From contig CAWGZR010000009.1 in assembly GCA_963827165.1 (NCBI GenBank), positions 160,001 to 224,000 of the forward strand: a DNA stretch of 64,000 bases, written 5' to 3'. The position numbers and the translations under genes were made by a program. This DNA is from Candidatus Bathyarchaeota archaeon (lineage in GTDB: Archaea > Thermoproteota > Bathyarchaeia > Bathyarchaeales > Bathycorpusculaceae). Positions 1 to 9,811 of this stretch are shown piece by piece. Every line of letters starts with the position of its first letter. Within the stretch, counting starts at the first letter, position 1. The notes under the pieces were generated by a model. The model was not told where the DNA came from and made no database searches. It saw only the letters and a program-made list of their open reading frames with translations.

Positions 1-802
1 CACAAGACCCCTCCAAATACAAGCTCAAACATCCAACTCAATTCCAACCCTCGCAATAACAGGACTTGTCGAAAACCCTCTTAATCTAACTATTGACGAC
101 ATCCAAGCCATGCCCAGCGCCACAGAATACGCGGTGTTGTACTGCGTTGACGCCCCCGGAACGCCGCTGCAGGAGGGGTCATGGACAGGCGTCAGCCTTT
201 CCTATCTACTTCAATTGGCAAACGTATCCATTGGCGCTGTCAAAGTCGCATTTTTTGCGCCCGATGGTTACACTGCAGACTTAACGATTCCTATGGCAAT
301 GCAAAACAATACCTTAGTTGCCTACCAAAAAGATGGGGTACCGTTAAGCTCACTTCAGCTTGTTGTACCAGGCAATTTGGGTTATAAATGGATAACAGAT
401 CCAACCCAAATAAAACTTGTAAACTACAACTTTTTAGGAACAACGGAAAGCGAAGGATACTCTGACGACGCGACAATCTCCAATACGGTAGGAGCAGCAC
501 CAGGAAACCTTCCAGCTTTTCAATCAAACCCGTCCTCTTCAACACCAAATCCGATAACAATACCAACACAAAATTCAACGCCGACCCCCACGAGTTCATC
601 TTCTTCTTCGCATGCACAATCCGCAAGCTCAACACCATTCTCAACCGTTTCAAAAGCCAAACTTCAACCAACAACAGAATTTCTCATCTTCGCAGCCGTC
701 GGCTCAATAATTGCTGTAGCAACAGCGGCAGCTTCAGGGCTGATTTTAACAAAACGAAAGAATCTAAAAGCTGAAAAGAAAAATGCAGAACCTGTGAATT
801 GA
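1..802 (+). CDS. Membrane-anchored molybdopterin-binding oxidoreductase (sulfite oxidase/MsrP-like family), 5' truncated
   Basis: Frame is open from the window edge: LAITGLVENPLNLTIDDIQAMP...LYCVD...WTGVSL...LVVPGNLGYKWI, typical of the Oxidored_molyb domain. Followed by a Ser/Thr/Pro linker, a C-terminal TM helix and a basic tail. Confidence 0.8.
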   Translation, partial: TRPLQIQAQTSNSIPTLAITGLVENPLNLTIDDIQAMPSATEYAVLYCVDAPGTPLQEGSWTGVSLSYLLQLANVSIGAVKVAFFAPDGYTADLTIPMAMQNNTLVAYQKDGVPLSSLQLVVPGNLGYKWITDPTQIKLVNYNFLGTTESEGYSDDATISNTVGAAPGNLPAFQSNPSSSTPNPITIPTQNSTPTPTSSSSSSHAQSASSTPFSTVSKAKLQPTTEFLIFAAVGSIIAVATAAASGLILTKRKNLKAEKKNAEPVN

Positions 803-929
803 AGACGGAATTCAACCTTTTTAGATGCTAAGTTTTTCCGTAGGGTCTGATTTGTGAAATCAAAGAACCCTACAAACCAAAAAAGACGCTGTTTTGAGGG
901 AAACTCGCAAGTCTTATTAGGCTACATAG

Positions 930-990
930 TGAAAGATAGCGCCCGTTGGGAGAGAACAATTTCATTTCTTAGTCCCAACGCTAAATTTCA
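930..990 (+). promoter_or_regulatory. Putative 5' leader hairpin of the surface protein gene
   Basis: CGTTGGGA (944-951) pairs with TCCCAACG (973-980), flanked by TAGC/GCTA and TGAAA/TTTCA. It ends just before an AAGGAGA RBS. Confidence 0.45.
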
Positions 991-1013
991 ACATAAAAGG
1001 AGAAAGAAAAAAA

Positions 1014-3911
1014 TTGCAAATGTTAAAAAACAAAAGTATAGCTATATTGATTGCGGCAATACTAACACTTTCACTGATGGCTCTTCCAATGTTGACACCG
1101 ACTGCCAAAGCTCACACTCCAGCCTGGAACATACCAACATACGCATACATCATCGCAACTCCGAATCCTATCGGTGTCGGCCAGACAATCCAAGTTTACA
1201 TGTGGCTTGACATGGTCTACGGAGCGGCTGGAGGATCAAGCGCCGCAGTAGCGACGAACGGTTCCACAGCCAGCGCAGCCTTGCTGTCAAACACTTGGAG
1301 ATTCCATAACTTCAACCTCACAGTCGTCCCACCCAGCGGTTCACCAACAACTACAATTTTCCAAACCATCTCGGACTCCACATCAGCTCAAGAAACAGGC
1401 TTTACACCAGATACAACGGGCTTGTACACTCTCATATTCACTTTCCCGGGGCAAACCTACGGAGCAAACGGTGACGGATACGAAAAATCGTCAATCTTCG
1501 GCGACTATTACACGCCAAGTAGCGCAAAAACAACAGTAATGGTGCAGCAAGCTCCCATAGCTAACGCTATCACAAGTGAACCGTTGCCAGCAGCTTATTG
1601 GACACGCCCGATATACGGCGAAAACACAAACTGGTACGCGATTTCGTCAAACTGGCTAGGTTCAGGTTCAGCAGGCTACAGTGGCTCTGTTGGCCCAACC
1701 GAGTTATTCTACCATCCAGACGGCGTAGGACCCTTGACTTCACACGTCATGTGGACACAGCCACTTGAGATGGGCGGAATCGTAGGAGGCAACTTCGGTG
1801 TTTCAGCACAGCAAACGACAATTTTCGCACCAGCATCGCAAGGAGTTGGCTACTTTGAGGGTTCCGCTTACGACCAACGATTCGTTAACCCAATAATCGT
1901 AGATGGATACCTATTCTTCACTGAACCAGTTTCATTCTCTGAGCCAAGCGGCGGAGCAACAGTCTGCGAAAACCTGCAAACTGGACAAGTCGTTTGGAGC
2001 AGCACTCAAATTCCATCGCTGTCATTTGCTTATATCTACAATCTTTGGGACCCAGATGAACACGGAGTATTTCCGCCAATATTATTTACCAGCAACTTCG
2101 CCCGAGCTTTTGACGCATTCACAGGACAGGCATTGTTTAATGTAACTAACGTTCCTTCAGGAACATCGGTCGCGGGACCAGCAGGCGAACAACTAAAATA
2201 CGTCATGAACAACTACGGCACTACCGCCAGTCCAAACTGGTACCTGAGCGAATGGAACTCTTCCAGACTATGGCAATACGACATTAACCCATACACAGGC
2301 GGAGGAAGCTTAGTACCGTCAATCGTAAACGCATCCAACGGATTACTTACATCAACCTACCCGATTCCGATCACAGGCGGATCAGGCACTCTCCCGCCGG
2401 GAGCACCAGCCGGAACTAGCAGCGCAGTCCCATACAATTCAGCTCTCACAGTCAACGCAAACATCCCGTTAAACTCAAATACCCTTGCAGCAGGATCAAC
2501 AACGACAGCAATCAAAACCATCAACCAAGATTCATTGACCACGTACGACTGGAACGTTTCGATATCCTGGCATAACTCCATGATTGTATCGCCTTCTATA
2601 ATTGCAGCTTCTTATGACGACATACTACTCTGTCGAAACGGGTCTCTACCAGGCGGATACGCAGCAACTGGAACAGGCACACCACAAACACCCTTTACAT
2701 ACTTTGCAGTCGACGTAAACCAAGCACACTCAACATTCGGTCAAATACTTTGGATGCAGACATACCAGCCCCCGGCAGGCAACCTTACCGTTGTGCAGGG
2801 ACCAGTCGACTTCCAAACAAACGTATTCATCCTAAACTACAGAGAATCTCTACAATGGGTAGGCTACAGCATGACAACTGGAACCCAAATATGGGGACCC
2901 AGCACACCTCAATCAGCCTTTGACTATTATGGCAGTCCAGGTCCAGGGACCTTAGCCGGCGAAACAGCGTACGGCTACCTCTACAGTAGCTCATTCTCAG
3001 GAATATGCTACGCCTACAACGACACCACCGGCAAAATAGCGTGGACTTACGGTAACGGCGGCGCAGGCAACAGCACCAACGCAGGATTAAACACTTTCTA
3101 CGGCGATTACCCGAGCTTCATAATGGCGATCGGCAACGGAGTCATATACGATGTAACAGTCGAACACACCATCACTGACCCCATCTACAAGGGCGCAACC
3201 GCAGAGGCCATCAACGCGACCACGGGAAAAGAACTCTGGAGACTCTCAGCATACGTTTCAGGCTCATTTACAGGCACAAGCTTCGCAATGGCAGACGGCT
3301 ACGCAACATTCTTCAACGGATACGACGACCAAATCTATAGCGTAGGACAAGGACCCAGCGCAACCACAGTTACGGCACCAGATGTCGGCGTCTCAACTTC
3401 AACCCCATTCGTGATAAAAGGCACAGTAATGGATGTTTCAGCTGGAACACAAATGACACAGCAAAAAGGAGACTTCCCGTACGGTGTACCCTGCGCTTCA
3501 GACACAAGCATGATGGATTGGATGGGCTACGTTTACCAGCAACAGGCAGAACCAACTAACTTCACAGGAGTACCAGTTCAAATATCCGTCTTAGACTCTA
3601 ACGGAAACTACAGGACCATCGGAACGGCAACAACGGATCGAAGCGGAACCTACAGTCTAACATGGACACCAGATATTTCAGGCAACTTCACAGTGTACGC
3701 GAACTTCTTAGGCACCAAAGGCTACTATCCGTCATCAGCTGAAACACACATCTACGCAAACCCAACATCTGCAACAAGTCCCCCAACAGCAACACCAATT
3801 AGTGACTTAGCAACACAAAGCACAGTAGAATACATTGGCGTCGCAATAATTATCGTCATAGTCATAATCGGCGTATTGACTTTGTTGATGCTCAGTAGAA
3901 AACACCCATAA
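1014..3911 (+). CDS. Large secreted, membrane-anchored PQQ-like beta-propeller surface protein (paralog 1)
   Basis: Signal peptide, PQQ-type blades (AYNDTTGKIAW, AINATTGKELW), Ig-like C-terminal domain, Thr/Pro linker, TM helix and RKHP tail. Start is probably ATG 1020. Confidence 0.8.
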   Translation: MQMLKNKSIAILIAAILTLSLMALPMLTPTAKAHTPAWNIPTYAYIIATPNPIGVGQTIQVYMWLDMVYGAAGGSSAAVATNGSTASAALLSNTWRFHNFNLTVVPPSGSPTTTIFQTISDSTSAQETGFTPDTTGLYTLIFTFPGQTYGANGDGYEKSSIFGDYYTPSSAKTTVMVQQAPIANAITSEPLPAAYWTRPIYGENTNWYAISSNWLGSGSAGYSGSVGPTELFYHPDGVGPLTSHVMWTQPLEMGGIVGGNFGVSAQQTTIFAPASQGVGYFEGSAYDQRFVNPIIVDGYLFFTEPVSFSEPSGGATVCENLQTGQVVWSSTQIPSLSFAYIYNLWDPDEHGVFPPILFTSNFARAFDAFTGQALFNVTNVPSGTSVAGPAGEQLKYVMNNYGTTASPNWYLSEWNSSRLWQYDINPYTGGGSLVPSIVNASNGLLTSTYPIPITGGSGTLPPGAPAGTSSAVPYNSALTVNANIPLNSNTLAAGSTTTAIKTINQDSLTTYDWNVSISWHNSMIVSPSIIAASYDDILLCRNGSLPGGYAATGTGTPQTPFTYFAVDVNQAHSTFGQILWMQTYQPPAGNLTVVQGPVDFQTNVFILNYRESLQWVGYSMTTGTQIWGPSTPQSAFDYYGSPGPGTLAGETAYGYLYSSSFSGICYAYNDTTGKIAWTYGNGGAGNSTNAGLNTFYGDYPSFIMAIGNGVIYDVTVEHTITDPIYKGATAEAINATTGKELWRLSAYVSGSFTGTSFAMADGYATFFNGYDDQIYSVGQGPSATTVTAPDVGVSTSTPFVIKGTVMDVSAGTQMTQQKGDFPYGVPCASDTSMMDWMGYVYQQQAEPTNFTGVPVQISVLDSNGNYRTIGTATTDRSGTYSLTWTPDISGNFTVYANFLGTKGYYPSSAETHIYANPTSATSPPTATPISDLATQSTVEYIGVAIIIVIVIIGVLTLLMLSRKHP

Positions 3912-3929
3912 AAAAGATAAAGAACAAAC

Positions 3930-3952
3930 TTTATCTCCCTTTTTTGTTTTTT
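3930..3952 (+). terminator. Putative oligo-T terminator
   Basis: T-rich tract CCCTTTTTTGTTTTTT just after the stop codon. Confidence 0.4.
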
Positions 3953-4063
3953 ACCCATATCAGGCAACTTTTGGCTAGATCAATACAATTGGCTCTTTAG
4001 TTACAAAGCGCAAACTTTCTAAACTTGTTAGCTGGCATCGGAAAAAAGAGCGGGAGGTGGAAT

Positions 4064-5335
4064 CTATTTTTGCATGGACAGTTCTTCCAAGATTTCTTTA
4101 GCTCTGTCTACTCGGACTTTCCGCTCCTTCACCATTCGTTCAGCTACCAAATCGACCAATTCGTCTTTTGCTCCAGCGGTAATTGCGATGTTTCTTGCAT
4201 GCAGAGACATGTGTCCACGCTGTATTCCTTCACTTGCTAAGGCTCGAAGTGCCCCAAGGTTTTGGGCTAAACCTACTGCCGCCAAAACTTCTGCAAATTC
4301 GTTGGCTGTTTTAACGCCAAGGATTTTCATGGCTACACGAGCTACAGGGTGGGTTTTCACTGCCCCGCCAATTAAACCTACAGCCATCGGCAGCTCGATT
4401 ACCCCTTCCAAGTCGCCGTTCCCGTTTTTTGTCCACTGCGAAATGCTTGTGTAAGGACCTTTCAGGGCGGCATAGGCGTGGGCTCCAGCCTCAATAGCGC
4501 GATGATCGTTGCCGGTTGCGAGGACAACTGCGATGATGCCGTTCATTGCCCCTTTGTTATGTGTCGCCGCACGGTAAGGGTCAGCTGCAGCGAAAGCTGA
4601 AGCATATGCGATACCTTCAACGATGGCTTCTCCGCCGAGGGCTTCTTTTGTTATAGTGCACCAAGCCTTCGCCATTCGTCTGGTCGCGAGATTAGAGATT
4701 ATACGAAGATAAACGTGCCCACCTGTCAATTGTTCAATTTGCGGGGCCACTGCTTCAGCCATAGTGTTAACGGCGTTTCCACCCATCGCATCGCGGCAGT
4801 CGACATATAACTCGACGATAAGCATCTGCCCCATAGTGGTTTCAATGATCTTTGCGTCTAAATCTTTGGCTCCTCCGCCGAAAGAATTCAAAACTGGATC
4901 CTGGTCGTTAGCTTTCTTGAGAATATCCGCTTTACCAGCAAGAACCCGTTTTTTCGCTTCTGCAGCGTCTTTTAAGCCGACGACTTGAACTTGCCCAATC
5001 ATGATTGGCGCCGTACTGCTTGCATGGAAGCCTCCGCCGTCGCGGACCATTTTTGCCGCGTAGCAAGCAGCGGCGATGACGCTTGGCTCCTCAGTTGCCA
5101 TTGGAATTAGGTAGTCTTTTCCGTTGATTTGGAAGTTAACTGCAATCCCCAGCGGCTCTGGGAAGACGCCAATTACGTTTTCAACCATGTGATTAACGGT
5201 GTCGAAGGATACTGCGCCCGTGTTCTCGAGCAGGGCAATTTCGTCGTCCGTTAAACCTGCAAAATCCTTGACGATAGCTAAACGTTCCTTGATTGGAAGC
5301 TTGTAGAATCCTGATATTACGGATGTTTTAGTCAT
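4064..5335 (-). CDS. hmgA: Hydroxymethylglutaryl-CoA reductase, class II
   Basis: ENVIG, MATEEPSVIAA, DAMGGNAVN, ATHNKG and EGIQRGHMSLH motifs of class II (MvaA-type) enzymes. Confidence 0.95.
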   Translation of the reverse strand: MTKTSVISGFYKLPIKERLAIVKDFAGLTDDEIALLENTGAVSFDTVNHMVENVIGVFPEPLGIAVNFQINGKDYLIPMATEEPSVIAAACYAAKMVRDGGGFHASSTAPIMIGQVQVVGLKDAAEAKKRVLAGKADILKKANDQDPVLNSFGGGAKDLDAKIIETTMGQMLIVELYVDCRDAMGGNAVNTMAEAVAPQIEQLTGGHVYLRIISNLATRRMAKAWCTITKEALGGEAIVEGIAYASAFAAADPYRAATHNKGAMNGIIAVVLATGNDHRAIEAGAHAYAALKGPYTSISQWTKNGNGDLEGVIELPMAVGLIGGAVKTHPVARVAMKILGVKTANEFAEVLAAVGLAQNLGALRALASEGIQRGHMSLHARNIAITAGAKDELVDLVAERMVKERKVRVDRAKEILEELSMQK

Positions 5336-5422
5336 TTTCCATACCTTTGATTGTATGTAGGTTGAAAGAGTAGTTTGAGTTTGGGGATTTAAGCTTAACC
5401 AAAATCAAGAAAAAACGGAGGT

Positions 5423-6439
5423 TTACAACGTTGTTTGGCCGGGGGTTCTGGGCATGGGAAACGCTGAGATGCCAAGACGTTTTCGAATTTCTTTAGCTAA
5501 AGCTGCCCCTGAGCTTCGATAGTTATCGGTGATGACCTGTTTCGCTTTTGAACGTTTCACGTACTCGATTAACCCGTCAAAATCCGAGTGGTCGCTTAGC
5601 GCCACCAGGTATTCTCTTTCACCGATTTGCCTGCAGGCCGAGTTGAATTCCCATCCGCTAAGACAGATTCGCGCGTTGCGTAGACCTACATAGCCACGGG
5701 CATTCATATGGTAGAACGCGACGCATGGGAGATTACCTTCTAAAAGTTGTCGCCCGTCATCATCGGTTGATAGCGACATGTCGCCCAGCCTCATGCCATG
5801 ATGTTTGCAGACTTGGGCAATTTCGTGAACCCTCTCAGGCATTACAAAAGGTACAGAGACGTCGGCGTCCCTTAGAAGTTGCATCGCTTCTTGAAGTTTC
5901 CCGTGGTACCCGAAAACGTAGACGGCGCCGCCGCGGAGGCGTTTCTCAACCATAGATACGAAAAGCTCGCGCACATCTACGTTGAACCTGCGCCGGCAGG
6001 AGGGGCTGCCATAGGTTGCTTCAACCACAAGCACGTCGCTTTCCACGACTGGTGTGTCGTCGATGCGGAAGTCGCCGCTGTAAACAATTCTTATTCCGCC
6101 CGCGTCCTCAACCAACACCTGTGCAGCGCCCAAAATGTGGTCGGCTTTTACAAGCGTTATTTTTTCGTCGCCGAACACCAGGGGTTCCCCGTATTCTAGC
6201 GTTTGAATCTGGGTGCCCTTAAGATGAAGTGTTTGGTCTAGTTTTTCGGCAAGGTCTCTTGTTGCGCTTGTCATCAAGACTTTTTGGCAACATTTGATGC
6301 TTTTCCTTAAGCCGCCAAGGTGGTCGGCATGGGCGTGGGTTACAATCCTAAGGGGGCGCTTGTCGTCAAACGCGTCGCATGCGACGCTATCCCCTAGCAG
6401 AACTGCACCGTTCTTCGCCACCTGCGCCCTTTCAACCAT
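5423..6439 (-). CDS. MBL-fold metallo-hydrolase, beta-CASP-like exonuclease
   Basis: THAHADH, ADHILG, YSGD, EATYG and SDHSD motifs. Start taken at MVERAQ. Confidence 0.85.
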   Translation of the reverse strand: MVERAQVAKNGAVLLGDSVACDAFDDKRPLRIVTHAHADHLGGLRKSIKCCQKVLMTSATRDLAEKLDQTLHLKGTQIQTLEYGEPLVFGDEKITLVKADHILGAAQVLVEDAGGIRIVYSGDFRIDDTPVVESDVLVVEATYGSPSCRRRFNVDVRELFVSMVEKRLRGGAVYVFGYHGKLQEAMQLLRDADVSVPFVMPERVHEIAQVCKHHGMRLGDMSLSTDDDGRQLLEGNLPCVAFYHMNARGYVGLRNARICLSGWEFNSACRQIGEREYLVALSDHSDFDGLIEYVKRSKAKQVITDNYRSSGAALAKEIRKRLGISAFPMPRTPGQTTL

Positions 6440-6452
6440 CCTGTGTCCTTGC

Positions 6453-6857
6453 CTATTTTGTTTTTTCAGCCAGCCACTCAACAAGCTGCTGTGGAGTCTC
6501 ACTTGTAATTGTCACCCGTATTGGACCCAGAGGTGACTCCGCGGTTTCCTCCGAAAAAGAAACGTGTCCCGCAAAGGCAACCTGCTTGTTTAAGCAGAAG
6601 CATATGGAGCTTCCTCGTATGCTGTGGAAGAGGGCTTTTCTGGAGGCGTCGCGGATCCTGTCAGTTCGCAACAGGTTCCGAAGTTTAACAAGGGAATCTT
6701 GACCCGATGCTTCAGCAACGAAAACGCTACCTTTGAGGTCAGGTTTAACCGTTACAGAAACTTTGCCGCCTAAAATATTGAAGACCGCCGTTTTGACTTT
6801 TTCTTCAGTTTCGGTCGGGTTAATTTCCGTTTCCACATGAACTGTTACTTGATCCAT
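6453..6857 (-). CDS. UPF0201-family archaeal RNA-binding protein
   Basis: INPTETEEKVKTA and LNKQVAFAGHVSF...ESPLGPI motifs. Confidence 0.85.
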   Translation of the reverse strand: MDQVTVHVETEINPTETEEKVKTAVFNILGGKVSVTVKPDLKGSVFVAEASGQDSLVKLRNLLRTDRIRDASRKALFHSIRGSSICFCLNKQVAFAGHVSFSEETAESPLGPIRVTITSETPQQLVEWLAEKTK

Positions 6858-7411
6858 TTTGCCTCTATCCTTTCCAGCGCGTCTCTAATAGTATGCTTAG
6901 CTTCTTCTGCGCTATTATCATTAACTATCAATTGCTCAGCCATCGCTATGACGTTACCTAACCCAACGCTTAGTTCACGCATGTCACGTTCATGGAAGAC
7001 CGCATACACGTCGGGATCGTCACTTCGTCGGCGGGTAAACAAACGGTTAAACCGGGTTTCAGGTGAAGCATAAACACCCACTACCGCAAACTTGGTGAAA
7101 TGCGCTCTGAATGCGTCTACCTCGTAAAGACTCCTTAACCCATCGACAAGAATTTTGGCGGCTGAATGCATCTCAATCTTGGGAATGCATTTTGTCGCAA
7201 CCACGGAGTTTCCACCTTCCACACGCAGTTCAAGCATGACTTTTCCAACGTTTTGCGGAGTCAAATCTAAACCGCGTTTAGCTGTTTCTTCCCTGATCAC
7301 GTCGCCCATCACAACAACAGCGTAGCCTAATTCGCGTGCTGCGTCAACAACCAGTGATTTTCCTGCTCCAGGCATCCCAGCCAGCCCAACAACCAGTTTG
7401 TCAGCGTTCAT
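6845..7411 (-). CDS. UPF0200-family P-loop kinase (dephospho-CoA kinase-like)
   Basis: GLAGMPGAGKS Walker A, MGDVIREE, DGLRS and ERDMREL. Start taken at MNADK. Confidence 0.85.
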   Translation of the reverse strand: MNADKLVVGLAGMPGAGKSLVVDAARELGYAVVVMGDVIREETAKRGLDLTPQNVGKVMLELRVEGGNSVVATKCIPKIEMHSAAKILVDGLRSLYEVDAFRAHFTKFAVVGVYASPETRFNRLFTRRRSDDPDVYAVFHERDMRELSVGLGNVIAMAEQLIVNDNSAEEAKHTIRDALERIEAKWIK

Positions 7412-7681
7412 AGCATACCCTTTTTTGCTTCTATGTCGGTAACTTCCATTAAAGAGTATCTGAAGCACAACCAACCCTTCGGTATCCAACAGGTTGATGA
7501 AGCACAAAAAAAGATACCATTAAAAATTGGCTATACCAAAAAAGGATAGTCAGAAAATCTTTGCGAACCAGTTTTTATTGGAAAACATTTAGGTACTGTC
7601 CGAGAATGACAAAAAGCGTTCTTGAAGCCACGTTAAAGCATTTATGAGTGTAGTCTGCTAAGTATTCTGAAGGTGACTGTT

Positions 7682-8260
7682 ATGTCTGAGAAGATTAGAA
7701 GTTTCATAGCTTTTGATATGGAAAACGAGCAAGTGCTAAGCAGGCTTACTGCCGCACAGAAACTTCTCCAGGAGACAGGCGCCGACCTAAAATTTGTGGC
7801 GCCGCAGAACATCCATATAACCATGCGTTTTCTTGGCGACATCAGCCTTAGTATGGTTGATAAAATCCACGAAGCATTGAAGAACGTTAAATTCTCGCCT
7901 TTTAGCATTCAACTTTGCGGGTTAGGCGTCTTCCCAAGTCTAAATTACCCGAGAGTTGTCTGGGCAGGCATGACTGAGGGCGTGGAAGAACTCAAAAGCA
8001 TCTTCTCGCAGTTGGAGCCGCAGATACGTGCCTTAGGATTTGCCGCAGACGCCTATGGTTTCAGTCCTCACTTAACTATTGCACGAGTTAGATCAGGAGC
8101 CAACAAGCAGCTCCTCGCAGAATTAGTAACCAAAAAATCTGATTACGACTTTGGTACGATTAAAGCGAATTGTTTGCGGCTTAAAAGAAGCCAGCTTTCT
8201 CCTAAGGGTCCAACTTACTCGACGCTAAGAGAATTTTGCCCGGTACCCAAACAAGAATGA
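7682..8260 (+). CDS. thpR: RNA 2',3'-cyclic phosphodiesterase
   Basis: RSFIA start and two 2H motifs (HITMRF, HLTIAR). Adjacent to cca. Confidence 0.92.
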   Translation: MSEKIRSFIAFDMENEQVLSRLTAAQKLLQETGADLKFVAPQNIHITMRFLGDISLSMVDKIHEALKNVKFSPFSIQLCGLGVFPSLNYPRVVWAGMTEGVEELKSIFSQLEPQIRALGFAADAYGFSPHLTIARVRSGANKQLLAELVTKKSDYDFGTIKANCLRLKRSQLSPKGPTYSTLREFCPVPKQE

Positions 8261-9678
8261 TTTTCATGCAGGAAATTACTCAGCGAGTTTTAATGCAAAT
8301 TTCGCCAACGGACGAAGACCGCCAGAAAGTTGAGGCTATTACCCGCGAGCTTGAGCAGAAAGTTGCTTTAGCCTGCCAAGAAGAGGGGGTCTCTGCGGTT
8401 GTACGTGTTGAGGGTTCAGTGGCTAAGGACACTTGGCTCCGTGAGAACCCAGACATAGACATCTTTATGCGTTTGCCTACATCGATTCCCAGAAAGAATC
8501 TGGGAGAAGTAGGCTTAAGAATCGCGAGGAAAGCGGCAGTTGGATACAAGCAACTTGAACGATTCGCTGAACACCCTTATCTTCAAATTACCGTGGAGGG
8601 GTATCGCGTCGATATTGTTCCCTGCTATGACGCTAAACCAGGAGAGTGGCAAAGCGCCACAGATCGAACACCCTACCACACTGACTACATAAGAGTACAT
8701 TTGACGACGGGGCTTCGCGGCGAGGTGAGGCTTCTTAAAAGGTTCATGCAGGGCACAGGCGTTTACGGGGCGGAAATTAAAGTCGGCGGCTTCAGCGGAT
8801 ACCTATGCGAACTGTTAATTATGAAGTACGGCACATTTGCAGGAACCCTGCAGGCTTTTGCACACTACAAAAAACGCGTGATAGTCGATATCGAAGATCA
8901 CTATAAAGGCAGACAACATGAGGTTTCCATACTTTTCCCTGAACCATTGATAATCGTTGATCCCGTTGATAAGGGAAGGAATGTCGCTTCAGCTGTGCAA
9001 CCCGAAAAACTTTACAGTTTCATAGCAGCGTCTAGAGCATACCTGCAAAAGCCAGACGAAGCCTTCTTTTTCCCCCCGAATACCGAAGCGCTACCATTTG
9101 AACAACTCAAAACCCTACTGGAGAGTCGCGGGTTATCCACCGTGTTTCTGGTAATAGATCAAGTTTCCGCTGTCCCAGATGTCCTTTGGGGGCAACTCTA
9201 CAAAACAAAGCGGTCGTTACATAAACTTGTAGAGATTAGCGATTACAAGATTCTCAAAGACGCAGTTTGGAGTAACGAAAAAAACCTCAGCGTTTTGGTC
9301 TTCGAGTTGGAGCAACAAGTTTTGCCGAGGGCGAAAAAGCACCTTGGTCCTCCGCTTGAACGGGAACCCGAATGCGAGTCTTTCTTGGGAAAGTACGCTG
9401 CAAATGAGGAGGTCGTTTCTGGACCCTTCGTCGAAGACGGACGCTGGGTTGTGCTGTTGCCACGCAAAACAACGGACATCGTAACTCTACTCAAGGATAA
9501 GCTTGCCGGAGGAGGCAAGAACGCAGGCGTTGCGGACCTTATTGCGGAATCAATCCGAAGGAAACTTATGGTTCTGGTTAACGGCCAAATAGACACAGTT
9601 TACTCTGAGAATACCGATTTCGCGGTTTTCTTAACTAAATTCGTTTCTGGCAAACCGTTCTGGCTCAAACCCCTGTAG
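8257..9678 (+). CDS. cca: CCA tRNA nucleotidyltransferase, archaeal class I
   Basis: GSVAKDTW, DIDIF, AEHPY, DRTPYH, GFSGYLCEL and DPVDKGRNVA. Start is approximate. Confidence 0.95.
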   Translation: MIFMQEITQRVLMQISPTDEDRQKVEAITRELEQKVALACQEEGVSAVVRVEGSVAKDTWLRENPDIDIFMRLPTSIPRKNLGEVGLRIARKAAVGYKQLERFAEHPYLQITVEGYRVDIVPCYDAKPGEWQSATDRTPYHTDYIRVHLTTGLRGEVRLLKRFMQGTGVYGAEIKVGGFSGYLCELLIMKYGTFAGTLQAFAHYKKRVIVDIEDHYKGRQHEVSILFPEPLIIVDPVDKGRNVASAVQPEKLYSFIAASRAYLQKPDEAFFFPPNTEALPFEQLKTLLESRGLSTVFLVIDQVSAVPDVLWGQLYKTKRSLHKLVEISDYKILKDAVWSNEKNLSVLVFELEQQVLPRAKKHLGPPLEREPECESFLGKYAANEEVVSGPFVEDGRWVVLLPRKTTDIVTLLKDKLAGGGKNAGVADLIAESIRRKLMVLVNGQIDTVYSENTDFAVFLTKFVSGKPFWLKPL

Positions 9679-9811
9679 AATAAGTTTAGAGTTTTGCCTG
9701 TTACTCAACCTACCCCTTTTCTATTTATAGAGGATTTGGGTGTTCAAAAGAGCCTTTGAGGATAAGTAGACTCCACGGTTTTACTGAGCAATTCGACGGT
9801 AAAGGCTGTTT

